Source: Sandaracinaceae bacterium (GTDB taxonomy: Bacteria > Myxococcota_A > Polyangia > Polyangiales > Houyiibacteriaceae). Taken from it: a stretch of 64,000 nucleotides of DNA. The translations under genes were made by a program, and so were the position numbers. The notes below the pieces were generated by a model. That model was not told where the DNA came from. It did no database searches and saw nothing but the letters and a program-made list of their open reading frames with translations. Below are positions 28,270 to 36,974 of the stretch, one piece after another (the stretch's first letter is position 1; each line of letters opens with the position of its first letter). The stretch is from NCBI GenBank assembly GCA_016706685.1, contig JADJJE010000001.1, positions 449,575 to 513,574 on the forward strand. Reading direction: 5' to 3'.

Positions 28270-30251
28270 GGCCGCGGGTCTTCTGCCACCACTTCACCAC
28301 CGCGCCGAAAGCGCGCCTCCATGCGGTCGCGCAGGGCATCGAGCTCGGACTCGTCCAGCTCGCCCACGCGCCGGATGCGCACGGCCTGCTCACGCCCCGT
28401 CTCGAGGTCGCGCGCCTGCACGGCGAGCGCGCCGTCCGCGTCGATGACGAAGGTCACGTCGATGCGCACGCTCCCTCGCGCGGCGTCGCGCAGTCCGTCC
28501 AGCTCCACCACACCCAGCACCTGGTTGGACTCGAGGCTCTTCTCCTCGCCCTGGCAGATGCGCACCGAGATGAAGGTCTGACCGTCGCGGCCCGTGCTGA
28601 AGGTCTGGGTGTTCTCGGCCGGCATGGCGGTGTTGCGCGGGATGACGGTGTGGCAGAACCCGCCCACGGTCTCCACCCCGAGCGAGAGCGGCGTGACGTC
28701 CAACAGCAGCGGCGGAGGCCCTGCGGGCTCGGGTTCGGGGGCCGCTGCCTCCGGCACCGGGATGTACTTGGGTGGCGAGCCGGTGATGTTCATCACGGGC
28801 TGCACCCGCACCGGCGGGGCAGATGGTGGGGCAGGCTCGAGCTCGTCCAGTTCCAGCAGCTCGAACTCCTCCGAAGGGTCCTTTGGACGCACCTGACGTG
28901 CGGCCGCGCTGGGTGGCGGCGGCATGCTGGGGGGTGGTTGCCGGAGCGAGGAGAAAGAGGCCGGCTGCTGTGGCCGGTAGCCCTCGTCGGCCGCCGCGCT
29001 GACCAGCCCGGGCACCACGGCGCCGGGCGCGGCCATGAGCCCTGTGGTGGCCACGCGCTCCATGTGCACCTTGCGCAACGCCACCTTGGCCAGCTGCGAG
29101 CGACGCCCGCTGGCCAGCGACGCAGCCTGGAGCGCCGCCCCGTGCGCCACCACCACATCGGGGTCGATCTCGATGCGCGGGTCACACGCGAAGTACTCCG
29201 CCACCATGGAGCGCACCAACGGCATACGCGTGGAGCCTCCCACCAGGATCACGTTGTCGAGCTGGCTCGGGCGCAAGCCCGCCGCCCGCATGGTGGTCTC
29301 GCACGCGTCGAAAGTCCGCGCGATGATGGGCTGCGCGATCTGATGGAGCGCACGCCGCGTGAGCGTGAAGCGCAGGTCGAGCGCCTGCCCCGCGGCGCCG
29401 ATGGCCAGCTCCTCCACGCGCAGCTCCACCTCGTCCTGGTCGGTCAGCTCGCACTTCGCCCACTCGGCCGCGGCGCGCAGACGCTCGAACGACTCCGGGT
29501 CCGTGCGCGGGTCCATGCGGTGCTGCCGCAGGAACTCCTCTGCCATCACGTCCGCGATCGCACCGTCGATGTCGTCGCCGCCCAAGTAGCTGTCGCCGGC
29601 GGTCCCGATGACCTCGAAGACCTCGCCCGACAGCTCGAGGATGCTCACGTCGAACGTTCCTCCACCCATGTCGAAGACCGCGACGCGCTCACGACCTTGC
29701 TTGCCGTAGCCATAGGCCAGGGCCGCTGCGGTGGGCTCGTTCAGCACGCGCAGCACTTCGAGACCCGCCACGCGACCGGCGGCCATGGTGGCGTTACGCT
29801 GCAGGTCGCTGAAGTTGGCCGGCACCGTGATGACGGCCTGCGAGCAGCGCTTCCCGGTGGCGGCCTCGGCGATACGGCGCAGCTCACGGAGCACGAAGGC
29901 CGAGATCTCGCTGAGCGCATAGGTCTCGCCGCGCGTCTTCACCACGGTGCCGCCGTTGTCGCTGGCCGCCAGCTCGAAGGCGAAGCGCTCACGCGCGCGA
30001 CGCACCTCGTCGGAGGCGAAGGGCCGGCCCAGCAGGCGCTTGACCGAGTAGAACGTGTTGCGCGCGTCCAGCATGCGCCGGTCGCGGGCGGGGTAGCCCA
30101 CCAGGACCTCACCGCCGGGATGGAACGACACCACGGAGGGAAGCAGCTCGCGCCCATCATCATCGGCGAGGATCCGGACGGAGCCGCCGTCCGCCACCGC
30201 CACCACCGAATTGGTGGTCCCGAGATCGATGCCCAACACCAGACCTGACAT
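28266..30251 (-). CDS. Non-canonical Hsp70-family protein with an inter-domain Pro-rich insertion and no helical lid
   Basis: ORF 28266..30500 trimmed to MSGLVLGIDLGTTNS (ATG at 30251, GGAGAAGG just upstream). NBD motifs GIDLGTTNS, VITVPANF, LNEPTAAALAYG, DMGGGTFDVS and LVGGSTRMP. SBD-beta motif LLLDVTPLSLGVET. Only about 45 aa follow SBD-beta. Confidence 0.9.
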   Translation of the reverse strand: MSGLVLGIDLGTTNSVVAVADGGSVRILADDDGRELLPSVVSFHPGGEVLVGYPARDRRMLDARNTFYSVKRLLGRPFASDEVRRARERFAFELAASDNGGTVVKTRGETYALSEISAFVLRELRRIAEAATGKRCSQAVITVPANFSDLQRNATMAAGRVAGLEVLRVLNEPTAAALAYGYGKQGRERVAVFDMGGGTFDVSILELSGEVFEVIGTAGDSYLGGDDIDGAIADVMAEEFLRQHRMDPRTDPESFERLRAAAEWAKCELTDQDEVELRVEELAIGAAGQALDLRFTLTRRALHQIAQPIIARTFDACETTMRAAGLRPSQLDNVILVGGSTRMPLVRSMVAEYFACDPRIEIDPDVVVAHGAALQAASLASGRRSQLAKVALRKVHMERVATTGLMAAPGAVVPGLVSAAADEGYRPQQPASFSSLRQPPPSMPPPPSAAARQVRPKDPSEEFELLELDELEPAPPSAPPVRVQPVMNITGSPPKYIPVPEAAAPEPEPAGPPPLLLDVTPLSLGVETVGGFCHTVIPRNTAMPAENTQTFSTGRDGQTFISVRICQGEEKSLESNQVLGVVELDGLRDAARGSVRIDVTFVIDADGALAVQARDLETGREQAVRIRRVGELDESELDALRDRMEARFRRGGEVVAEDPRP

Positions 30252-30374
30252 GCCTTCTCCGTGAAACGCTCCGAGGCTGCAGCCTATCACGCGGAGAGCA
30301 GCATGGGCGTGAAAGTCCAGTGCGAGGGTTCGACAACCGTCTTCCCAAAGGGTGGTTTGCGGTAGGCTCGGACG

Positions 30375-30701
30375 ATGCCACTGCACTGCGAGGGGACCCT
30401 GCGGGTCGCGCTCGACGATGGGTCGCAGCACGACGTCGCGCTCGCCCAGCTGACGTTCGCGTTCATCGACACGTTCGAGCCGAGCTTGGTGCTCGTCCAC
30501 AACTACGAGGCCGCGCTCCCCGGCGAGGCGCCGGGAGCTCGGGTGCGCGTCGAGGTGGTGGAGGCCTCGACGGGCATGCTGTTCGCCACGCTCGCACTGC
30601 GCGGCGCCGCCTGCGTGGGTGGTGTCCGCGGGCTCAAGGCCGTGTGTGACGGCAGCGAAGTAGAGCTACGCCTGCCGCGCTCCGCCGCGTCCGCTACTTG
30701 A
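30375..30701 (+). CDS. Hypothetical small protein (108 aa)
   Basis: ORF 30375..30701. GC3 is strongly biased, as in real genes here. Divergent from the Hsp70 gene. No family recognised and no clear RBS. Confidence 0.4.
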   Translation: MPLHCEGTLRVALDDGSQHDVALAQLTFAFIDTFEPSLVLVHNYEAALPGEAPGARVRVEVVEASTGMLFATLALRGAACVGGVRGLKAVCDGSEVELRLPRSAASAT

Positions 30702-31521
30702 ACACGGTCTCGAGGCCGCCGCGCTTCAACGCCGTGCGCAACGCGGCATAGAAGTTCTGGCCCAGCGCGCGCTTGGCGCGCCAGAGCACCTTCCCATCGG
30801 TCTGCGGGATGATGTACAGCGTGCCTTCCAAGAGCTCGTCGATGGCCACCTTGGCGACCTCTTCGGCGCTCCACTTGGCCTCGGTGATCAGCTTGTTGGT
30901 CGTCTCGCCGGTGCCGCCGCCGAAGGAGCGCGCGTCCTTGTGGATGTTGGTGCGCAGGAACGTGGGGCACAGCGCCGACACGCCCACCCCCGAGGGTCCG
31001 AGCTCTGCGAACAGCGTCTCCGAGAGCGACACGACGCCCGCCTTCGTGACGTTGTAGGGGCCCATCATGGGCGCCGCGAGCAGGCCCGCCGAGCTGGCCA
31101 CGTTGAGGATGTAGCCGTTGCCGCGCGCCGCCATCTGCGGCCCGAAGTAGTGGCACCCCCAGATGACGCCCATGAGGTTGACGTCCACCTGGAACTGCCA
31201 CTCCTCGATGGGGATCTTCCCGAGCTCGCCCACCACCGCGAGGCCCGCGTTGTTCACGAGCACGTCGGTGCCGCCCCACAGGTCCGTGGCCTTCTTGGCC
31301 ATGGCCTCCACCTGGTCGGGCTTTCTCACGTCCACCTGCATGGCGTGGGCTTCGCTGCCGCGCCGGCGCAGGGTGTCCGCGGTCTCCTCCGCGGTGGCGA
31401 GGTTCACGTCGGTGACCAGCACGCGCGCGCCGCGCCCGGCCAGGTCTTCACAGATGGCCCGGCCGAGGCCGCTGCCGCCTCCGGTCACGACCGCACGAGC
31501 ATCCCGAGGGAGTTTCTTCAT
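30694..31521 (-). CDS. Short-chain dehydrogenase/reductase
   Basis: ORF 30694..31521. TGGGSGLG cofactor motif, NNAG, and the catalytic Y..K context (YNVTKAG). Confidence 0.85.
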   Translation of the reverse strand: MKKLPRDARAVVTGGGSGLGRAICEDLAGRGARVLVTDVNLATAEETADTLRRRGSEAHAMQVDVRKPDQVEAMAKKATDLWGGTDVLVNNAGLAVVGELGKIPIEEWQFQVDVNLMGVIWGCHYFGPQMAARGNGYILNVASSAGLLAAPMMGPYNVTKAGVVSLSETLFAELGPSGVGVSALCPTFLRTNIHKDARSFGGGTGETTNKLITEAKWSAEEVAKVAIDELLEGTLYIIPQTDGKVLWRAKRALGQNFYAALRTALKRGGLETVFK

Positions 31522-31559
31522 GCGCGGGACGCTACCACGCAGGTGTACCGTGCGTCTCT

Positions 31560-32603
31560 ATGACCCAGCCCGATCCCGACGCCCTCTTCGCGTCCGCGAT
31601 GGCCATGCAGCCGTACTTCCGCGAGCAGGGGCCCGACATCGAAGCGCGCACCGAGGGGGCCTATCGGCTCTTCACGCAGGCCGCCGAGGCGGGCCACACA
31701 CTGGCCATGGCGCGGCTGGTCGCGCGCCGCGACGTGGGGCTTCACTGGGCGATCCAGCTGGCAAAGCGGGGCGACGGTTCGCGTCTGGTGACCGAGCTGA
31801 CCAACAACGACTGGAGCCCGGAGGCCCGCGGCGAGGTCCTCACGCTGGCAAGAGCGGGCGAGCCTTGGGCACAAGCCGTCGTGGGGCACATCTACGGGAT
31901 GGGCATGAGCCGGGGAGACGTGCTGGTGGCCACCACCGAGAACGGCTTCGGCTGGCTCCCCGCGGCCAAGCAGCCGGATGTGGAGGCACGCCGCTGGCTG
32001 GAGCTGGCCGCGAGCGCGGGCTGGGCCGACGCGCTGCTGACGCTCTCGCGCCTCGAGACGAAGGACGACCCTGTGGGTGCCCTGGCGTTGGCTCAGCGCG
32101 CCGCCGAAGGAGTGCTCACGCGCGAGCAGCGTGAGTACCTGCCCACGCGCATCTGCGAGCTGCTCGAGCGCGCGAAGGCTCCGCTCGCGGTGCAGCTGCC
32201 CGCGCGGCAGGTGTGCATCGATCAGGGCCACGCCGAGTCCATGGCGTGGCTGGCGGACCGCTATCGGCTGGGCGAGGGCGTGACCCAAGACACCGTGCGC
32301 GCGATCGAGCTCTACCAGGCCTCCGCCGACAAAGGCTGCGTTCACGGCTGTCGCGAGCTCGCCAGGGCCTACGAAGAGGGCCTCGGCGTGGCGGTGGACG
32401 ACGCGCGCGCGCGCGAGCTGTACGAGCGCGCCGCGGAGCTGGGCGCGGACGCGTTCTCGCGCGACCGCCTGGCCGAGAAGTATGGACTCACCTGGTACGC
32501 GCGCAGCGCGCGGGAGAAGGCGAAGGACAAGAAGGTGAAGGCCCCTGCCAAGGCGCGCCGCAAGCCCGCGAAGGCCGCGAAGCCTGCGAAACCCGAGCGC
32601 TAG
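31560..32603 (+). CDS. Sel1-repeat protein with a Lys/Ala/Pro-rich basic C-terminal tail
   Basis: ORF 31560..32603. Repeated Sel1-like units (AAEAGHTLAMARL; GEPWAQAVVGHIYGMG; AASAGWADALLTLSRL; QGHAESMAWLADRYRLGEGV; ADKGCVHGCRELARAYEEGLGV). Tail sequence REKAKDKKVKAPAKARRKPAKAAKPAKPER. Confidence 0.8.
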   Translation: MTQPDPDALFASAMAMQPYFREQGPDIEARTEGAYRLFTQAAEAGHTLAMARLVARRDVGLHWAIQLAKRGDGSRLVTELTNNDWSPEARGEVLTLARAGEPWAQAVVGHIYGMGMSRGDVLVATTENGFGWLPAAKQPDVEARRWLELAASAGWADALLTLSRLETKDDPVGALALAQRAAEGVLTREQREYLPTRICELLERAKAPLAVQLPARQVCIDQGHAESMAWLADRYRLGEGVTQDTVRAIELYQASADKGCVHGCRELARAYEEGLGVAVDDARARELYERAAELGADAFSRDRLAEKYGLTWYARSAREKAKDKKVKAPAKARRKPAKAAKPAKPER

Positions 32604-32616
32604 CCTGGGCGCGCCG

Positions 32617-35600
32617 TCAGTGGTTCCACCACGGGTTGGGGCTCGAGCGGAACGCGGCCACGATGCGCTGACCGGGGAGGGTCACCATGAAGTCGGCGAA
32701 GCGGTCGCCGCCCACGTCGAGGGGCGTGAGGGCCGTGGCGCGGCCCGTGCTGCCGGTGAGGATGACGCGCAGCACGAAGCGCGGATCGCTCGAGCCAATG
32801 TGTTGGAGCACCGAGATGGAGGCCCCCGTGTCGAGCCCGGCCACCACCAGATCCGGGTCGCCATCGGCGTCGGCATCGATGGCACGCACCAGCGCGCCCG
32901 AGGGCGACGCCACGTCTGCGGGGACCAGAATCGGCGCCGCGCCGAAGCTGCCGTCGCCGGCCTGGTCGATGCGCACGGACTCGAGGTCCGCGCGATAGGA
33001 GACGATGTCCCCCGTGCCGTCCCGGTCGACGTCCGTGATCTCCACCGAAGAAGCGTTTGCGCCGCCCGCCCCGTCGTAAACGGTGGTGACCGTCCACGTG
33101 CCCTCGGGCTGGCCCGGGTTCGTCAGGAGCACCACGCCATCGGTGCCGCACGCGAGCGCCGCGTCCTGGTCTCCGTCGCCGTCCACGTCGCCCAGTGCGA
33201 TGCCGGTGCAGGCGGAGCTGGTGGCATCGAGGATGGTGCGCGTGAAGGTGTTCCCCGTGCCCTCCCGCGTGTAGAGCGCGGCGCGCCCGTCGGTGCCGTC
33301 GTTGGCCGTCACCAGCACCTCGTCGAGGCCGTCCCCGTCGAAGTCCTCCATCACCACGGCGCGGGCGTTGTCGAAGGGGGTCAGCGCCTGGCGCGCGGCG
33401 TAGGTCAGGTCACCCACACCGCGCACGTAGCCCACCAGCCCGTTGGTCTCGGACACCAGCACGAAGTCGGCGCGCGCATCGCCGGTCACGTCGCCGGCGG
33501 CGAGGCCGCTGACCACCTCACCCGCGTCGGCGTTGGTCACCACGATCTCCTCGATGCGGGCGAAGTCGCGGGAGCGAGCGCGCCACAACACCACCTCACC
33601 GCCCGGCAGGTCCGAGGCGCCGATGATGTCCATCGCGCCATCCGCGTCCACGTCGAAGGCCACGGCCGCGCCGGCGTCGAACGCCCGGTCGACCACGCGC
33701 CCGCCGAATTGGAGCGTGGAGACGAAGTCCGAGGTGTAGCGCATCAGGCTCGAGGACCCCGAGGCATAGGCCGCGATGTCCACGTCGAAGTCGCCGTCCC
33801 AGTCGCCCGCAGCCACCCAGGTGACGGCGTCGAGGTCGGCCACGAAGACGTGCTGAGCGAAGAGCCCGCTGCCGATCTCGTCGATGTAGCCCACCGAGTC
33901 ACGATCCGTCGTGGAGTAGACGATCTCGTCGCTGCCGTTGCGACCCAGGTCGCGCACCGCGATGTCGTCTGCGACCAGCTCGCCGAGAGCGAGGCTCTCG
34001 CCGTTGGGCTGAACGCCCACGGACACGCCCTCGAAGGCGCTTCCCCGGCGCGCCAGGACACCGAGCCCGCTCGAACCCGCGACCACGAGGTCGAGGTCCC
34101 CGTCGCCGCTGCCCTCCACGTCTCCCAGCACCACCGAGGTGGGGTTGCCAATGCCCGGGAGCAGCGTGCCCACGTCGATGCTGAGCTCGGCCGCGAACGC
34201 GCCGCCGCCCGAGCCGGGGTAGACGGTGATCATCGCGGAGGAGGAGGCGTAGCCCACCACGTCCACCACCCCATCGTTGGTCACGTCGCCGAGGACGAGG
34301 CCCGTGAAGCTCGGCGACGTGGCGTCGATGGACACGGCCGCGCCCGCCGAGCCCGTGGCGTCGAGCGGGTGGTACACGAGCGCGCTGCCTTCGAGCGCCA
34401 CGGCCACCGGGGCCGCCACTCCGTCGAGGCGCCCCAACGCGAGCGCGCCGCCCGTCACCGTGATCCCCATCGCGGTCTTCAGCGTGAGGTTCAAGCTGGA
34501 CGTCGTCAGCTCATAGGACTGCACGGCCCCCGTTGAACTGAGCGTCATGAGCTCCAGGGGCGCGTCACCGTCCACGTCGGCGGCGAACACCCTGACCGTG
34601 GCGCCCACCGCGTCGCACACATTGGTCTGAGAGAAGAGCGCGCTCGACGAGTTGCTGAACGAGTGGTTCACCACGATGCGCTGCTCCGTGGGGCAACCCA
34701 CGTCGTCGCGCACGTAGGCCACCTCTTCGAAGCCGTTGGCGTCGAAGTCGGCCGCCACCATGCGGGTGACGCCCATGATGGACGACACCACCGTGGTCTC
34801 GGGCGAGGGCAGGCAGAACGTGCTGAAGCGGTCGAACGCGGCGTTGCTGCACTCGATGTTGACCACGGGGTCGATGCAGTCGGCGTTGCCACCGTAGTGG
34901 CCGTCCTCGTCGGGATCTTCGATGAGCCGGTCCACTTCGCCTGGCGTGCGGTCCGTGCAGTTGTTCACGATGCCGTCGCACGACTCCTCGGCCCCGGGGT
35001 AGGTCTTGGCATCGAGATCGTCGCAGTCGGTGTTGGGCAAGCCGCCTGGCAGCTCCGGGTCGCACGAGAGGCTCGAGGGTGCCGCGAAGCCATCCCCATC
35101 CACGTCTTCGCCCGCGTCGCGGCCCACCCCGATGGGGCTGTCGCAGTCATTGTGGCGGCCGTCGCAGACGTCCGGGGCCGCAGGAAACACGTTCGGGTCG
35201 ATGTCGTCGCAGTCCGTGTGCGGGATGGACAGCAGCTCGCCGTTCGGGCTCATGACGTCGACGCACACGGAAGGGTCGAGCGCGATGGCCGCGAAGCGGT
35301 CGCCGTCGAAGTCTTCGACCAAGCGGCGGAGCGGCGGGGTGGCGTCCGTGCACGCAGACACGACGCCGTCGCAGGCCTCCACGGTGGCGCCCGGGAAGGC
35401 CGTCGCGCGCGTGTCGTCGCAGTCCTCGGGGAGCCCGTCACCGCAGCCGCGCGCCACGAAGCCATCGCTGTCGAGGTCGGCGTTGGGGTACGCGTTGGGG
35501 TTGGCGTCGTCGCAGTCCACGTCGAACGGCGGGAACTCGCTGCGCACGCTGGCGCAGGCGATGTCGCGGAAATTGTCGCGGTCGGAGTCGCGCGCGCGCA

Positions 35601-35832
35601 GCTGCACGGTGCACTGTTCGCGGCCCGTGTCGCAGGAGCGCAGGGCCACCAGGCAGGGGTCGTTGCGCAGCGTCTCGTCCACCTCGAAGCGCACGGTGGC
35701 GCAGTCGGCATCCACGCGGCACGAGCGGACCTCCACCTCCACCTCGGGCGCGTCCCAGAGGTCCACCACCGTGCAGCCCTGCGCCAGCAGGACCGAGCCC
35801 AGCACCAAGAGGGAGCGGTTCATCGCGTCCAC
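32617..35832 (-). CDS. Large secreted FG-GAP/VCBS-repeat protein with N-terminal MopE-like Cys-rich repeats
   Basis: ORF 32617..35832. Signal peptide MDAMNRSLLVLGSVLLAQGC. At least four DCDD..(P/A)N..P(G/N)A.E.CDG.. Cys-rich units. About 13 Ca-binding-type FG-GAP repeats (e.g. ADFDANGFEEV, LGDVTNDGVVDV, AGDWDGDFDVDI, LGDVDGDGDQDA, AIDADADGDPDL). Confidence 0.85.
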   Translation of the reverse strand: MDAMNRSLLVLGSVLLAQGCTVVDLWDAPEVEVEVRSCRVDADCATVRFEVDETLRNDPCLVALRSCDTGREQCTVQLRARDSDRDNFRDIACASVRSEFPPFDVDCDDANPNAYPNADLDSDGFVARGCGDGLPEDCDDTRATAFPGATVEACDGVVSACTDATPPLRRLVEDFDGDRFAAIALDPSVCVDVMSPNGELLSIPHTDCDDIDPNVFPAAPDVCDGRHNDCDSPIGVGRDAGEDVDGDGFAAPSSLSCDPELPGGLPNTDCDDLDAKTYPGAEESCDGIVNNCTDRTPGEVDRLIEDPDEDGHYGGNADCIDPVVNIECSNAAFDRFSTFCLPSPETTVVSSIMGVTRMVAADFDANGFEEVAYVRDDVGCPTEQRIVVNHSFSNSSSALFSQTNVCDAVGATVRVFAADVDGDAPLELMTLSSTGAVQSYELTTSSLNLTLKTAMGITVTGGALALGRLDGVAAPVAVALEGSALVYHPLDATGSAGAAVSIDATSPSFTGLVLGDVTNDGVVDVVGYASSSAMITVYPGSGGGAFAAELSIDVGTLLPGIGNPTSVVLGDVEGSGDGDLDLVVAGSSGLGVLARRGSAFEGVSVGVQPNGESLALGELVADDIAVRDLGRNGSDEIVYSTTDRDSVGYIDEIGSGLFAQHVFVADLDAVTWVAAGDWDGDFDVDIAAYASGSSSLMRYTSDFVSTLQFGGRVVDRAFDAGAAVAFDVDADGAMDIIGASDLPGGEVVLWRARSRDFARIEEIVVTNADAGEVVSGLAAGDVTGDARADFVLVSETNGLVGYVRGVGDLTYAARQALTPFDNARAVVMEDFDGDGLDEVLVTANDGTDGRAALYTREGTGNTFTRTILDATSSACTGIALGDVDGDGDQDAALACGTDGVVLLTNPGQPEGTWTVTTVYDGAGGANASSVEITDVDRDGTGDIVSYRADLESVRIDQAGDGSFGAAPILVPADVASPSGALVRAIDADADGDPDLVVAGLDTGASISVLQHIGSSDPRFVLRVILTGSTGRATALTPLDVGGDRFADFMVTLPGQRIVAAFRSSPNPWWNH

Positions 35833-36863
35833 CTCGCCGACACCATGGCGCCACCCTGCAGCGGGGTAACCGAGGCCGTCACCAGCGGTGCGTCGGGCTC
35901 GTCGTCATCTCCCCAATCCGTGAGCAACCCGATCACCAGCGTGGTGACCGCCAGGCCGCCCACCACGCCGAGCGCCACGTTCGAGCGCTGGGCCACGTCG
36001 CGTGCCTCTTCTCGGTCGAAGTTGGTGCGCCCCGGGGTGTCGTTGTAGTCCCGCGCGCGCACCACGGCGGTGGTGGCCATGGCGCCCCACACCACCACAC
36101 CCGCGCCGGTGAGGCCCACGGCCGTGTAGAAGGCCGGTCGCGGAAAGCGGAACCGCTCGCGCTCACCACCGGCGGTGGGCAGCGGCTGCAGCTCGAAGGT
36201 CACCGTGCGCTCGGTGCCGCCTGCGATGGTCACGGCCGCCGTCTGCGAGTGGTAGCCATCGGCGCGCAGCTCGAGCACGTGCCGCCCCGTGGGCAAGCGC
36301 ACGTCGCCCGGCGCCATGCCCAGCACCTCGCCGTCCACCACGACGCTGGCCTGCACGTTGACCACCACGTGCACCACGGCGAGCAAGCCGCGCAGCGCCT
36401 CGATGTGCAGCTCTGCGTCTTGCCGGCGGAGGTCCCCCTCGGGCGCCACCTCGAGGAAGCGCTGGTAGGTCTCGATGGCGCGGTTGGCGTCGGACTGCCC
36501 CTCGTAGGCCTGCCCGAGCGCGTACAAGATGACGGGGTTGGGCCACAGCGAGTAGGCCTCGCTGAACTCGGCCACGGCCTCGGCGTAGCGTCCGCGTCGG
36601 TAGTACTCCGAGCCCTGCGCATACCGGCGACGGGCCTCGTCCATCGCTGCGTCCGGGGCCTCCACGGGTGTGCTCGCGGCGCTGGCTTCGGCGGCTTCGC
36701 TGGGTGCCTGGTCCTCGGACGCCGCGTCGCCCGCGTCGGCCGGTGCAGGCGCTGGGGCGGGCTGGTCGGGCTGTGCCTGCACAGGCGCAGCAGGGGAGAT
36801 GAGGAGGCCTAGCGAGAGCACCGCGAAGGTGCGAAGGGATCCTTGCAGCATCGAGGACACCAT
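35820..36863 (-). CDS. Secreted TPR + PEGA-domain protein with a C-terminal TM region
   Basis: ORF 35820..36917. The start is probably Met at 36863 or 36851, giving signal peptide MLQGSLRTFAVLSLGLLISPAAPVQA. TPR-like YYRRGRYAEAVAEFSEAY..ALGQAYEG. PEGA-like VVVDGEVLGMAPGDVRLPTGRHVLELRADGYHSQ. 13-nt overlap with the downstream FG-GAP gene. Confidence 0.75.
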   Translation of the reverse strand: MVSSMLQGSLRTFAVLSLGLLISPAAPVQAQPDQPAPAPAPADAGDAASEDQAPSEAAEASAASTPVEAPDAAMDEARRRYAQGSEYYRRGRYAEAVAEFSEAYSLWPNPVILYALGQAYEGQSDANRAIETYQRFLEVAPEGDLRRQDAELHIEALRGLLAVVHVVVNVQASVVVDGEVLGMAPGDVRLPTGRHVLELRADGYHSQTAAVTIAGGTERTVTFELQPLPTAGGERERFRFPRPAFYTAVGLTGAGVVVWGAMATTAVVRARDYNDTPGRTNFDREEARDVAQRSNVALGVVGGLAVTTLVIGLLTDWGDDDEPDAPLVTASVTPLQGGAMVSARWTR

Positions 36864-36974
36864 ACCGGCAATGCCGTGGCACCACAAGATTACAAAGCAG
36901 GTGGAAGACCCTCCCAATTCGCGGGTTCGGCGCAGGCACGGGCCGCGACTCGCACGCCCAGCACCTCGGCCGTT

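Noticed and set aside
28266-30500. N-terminal extensions suggested by the longest-ORF coordinates: Hsp70 (to 30500), gyrA (to 41128), hisH (to 27419), deoC (to 56572), GFA (to 50638), tetR (to 51003), and the lipoprotein genes at 43963 and 41154.
   Set aside because: The conserved family N-termini begin at internal Met/Val codons that have RBS-like sequences or stop-start overlaps. The upstream extensions are low-complexity and overlap neighbouring genes or promoter elements.
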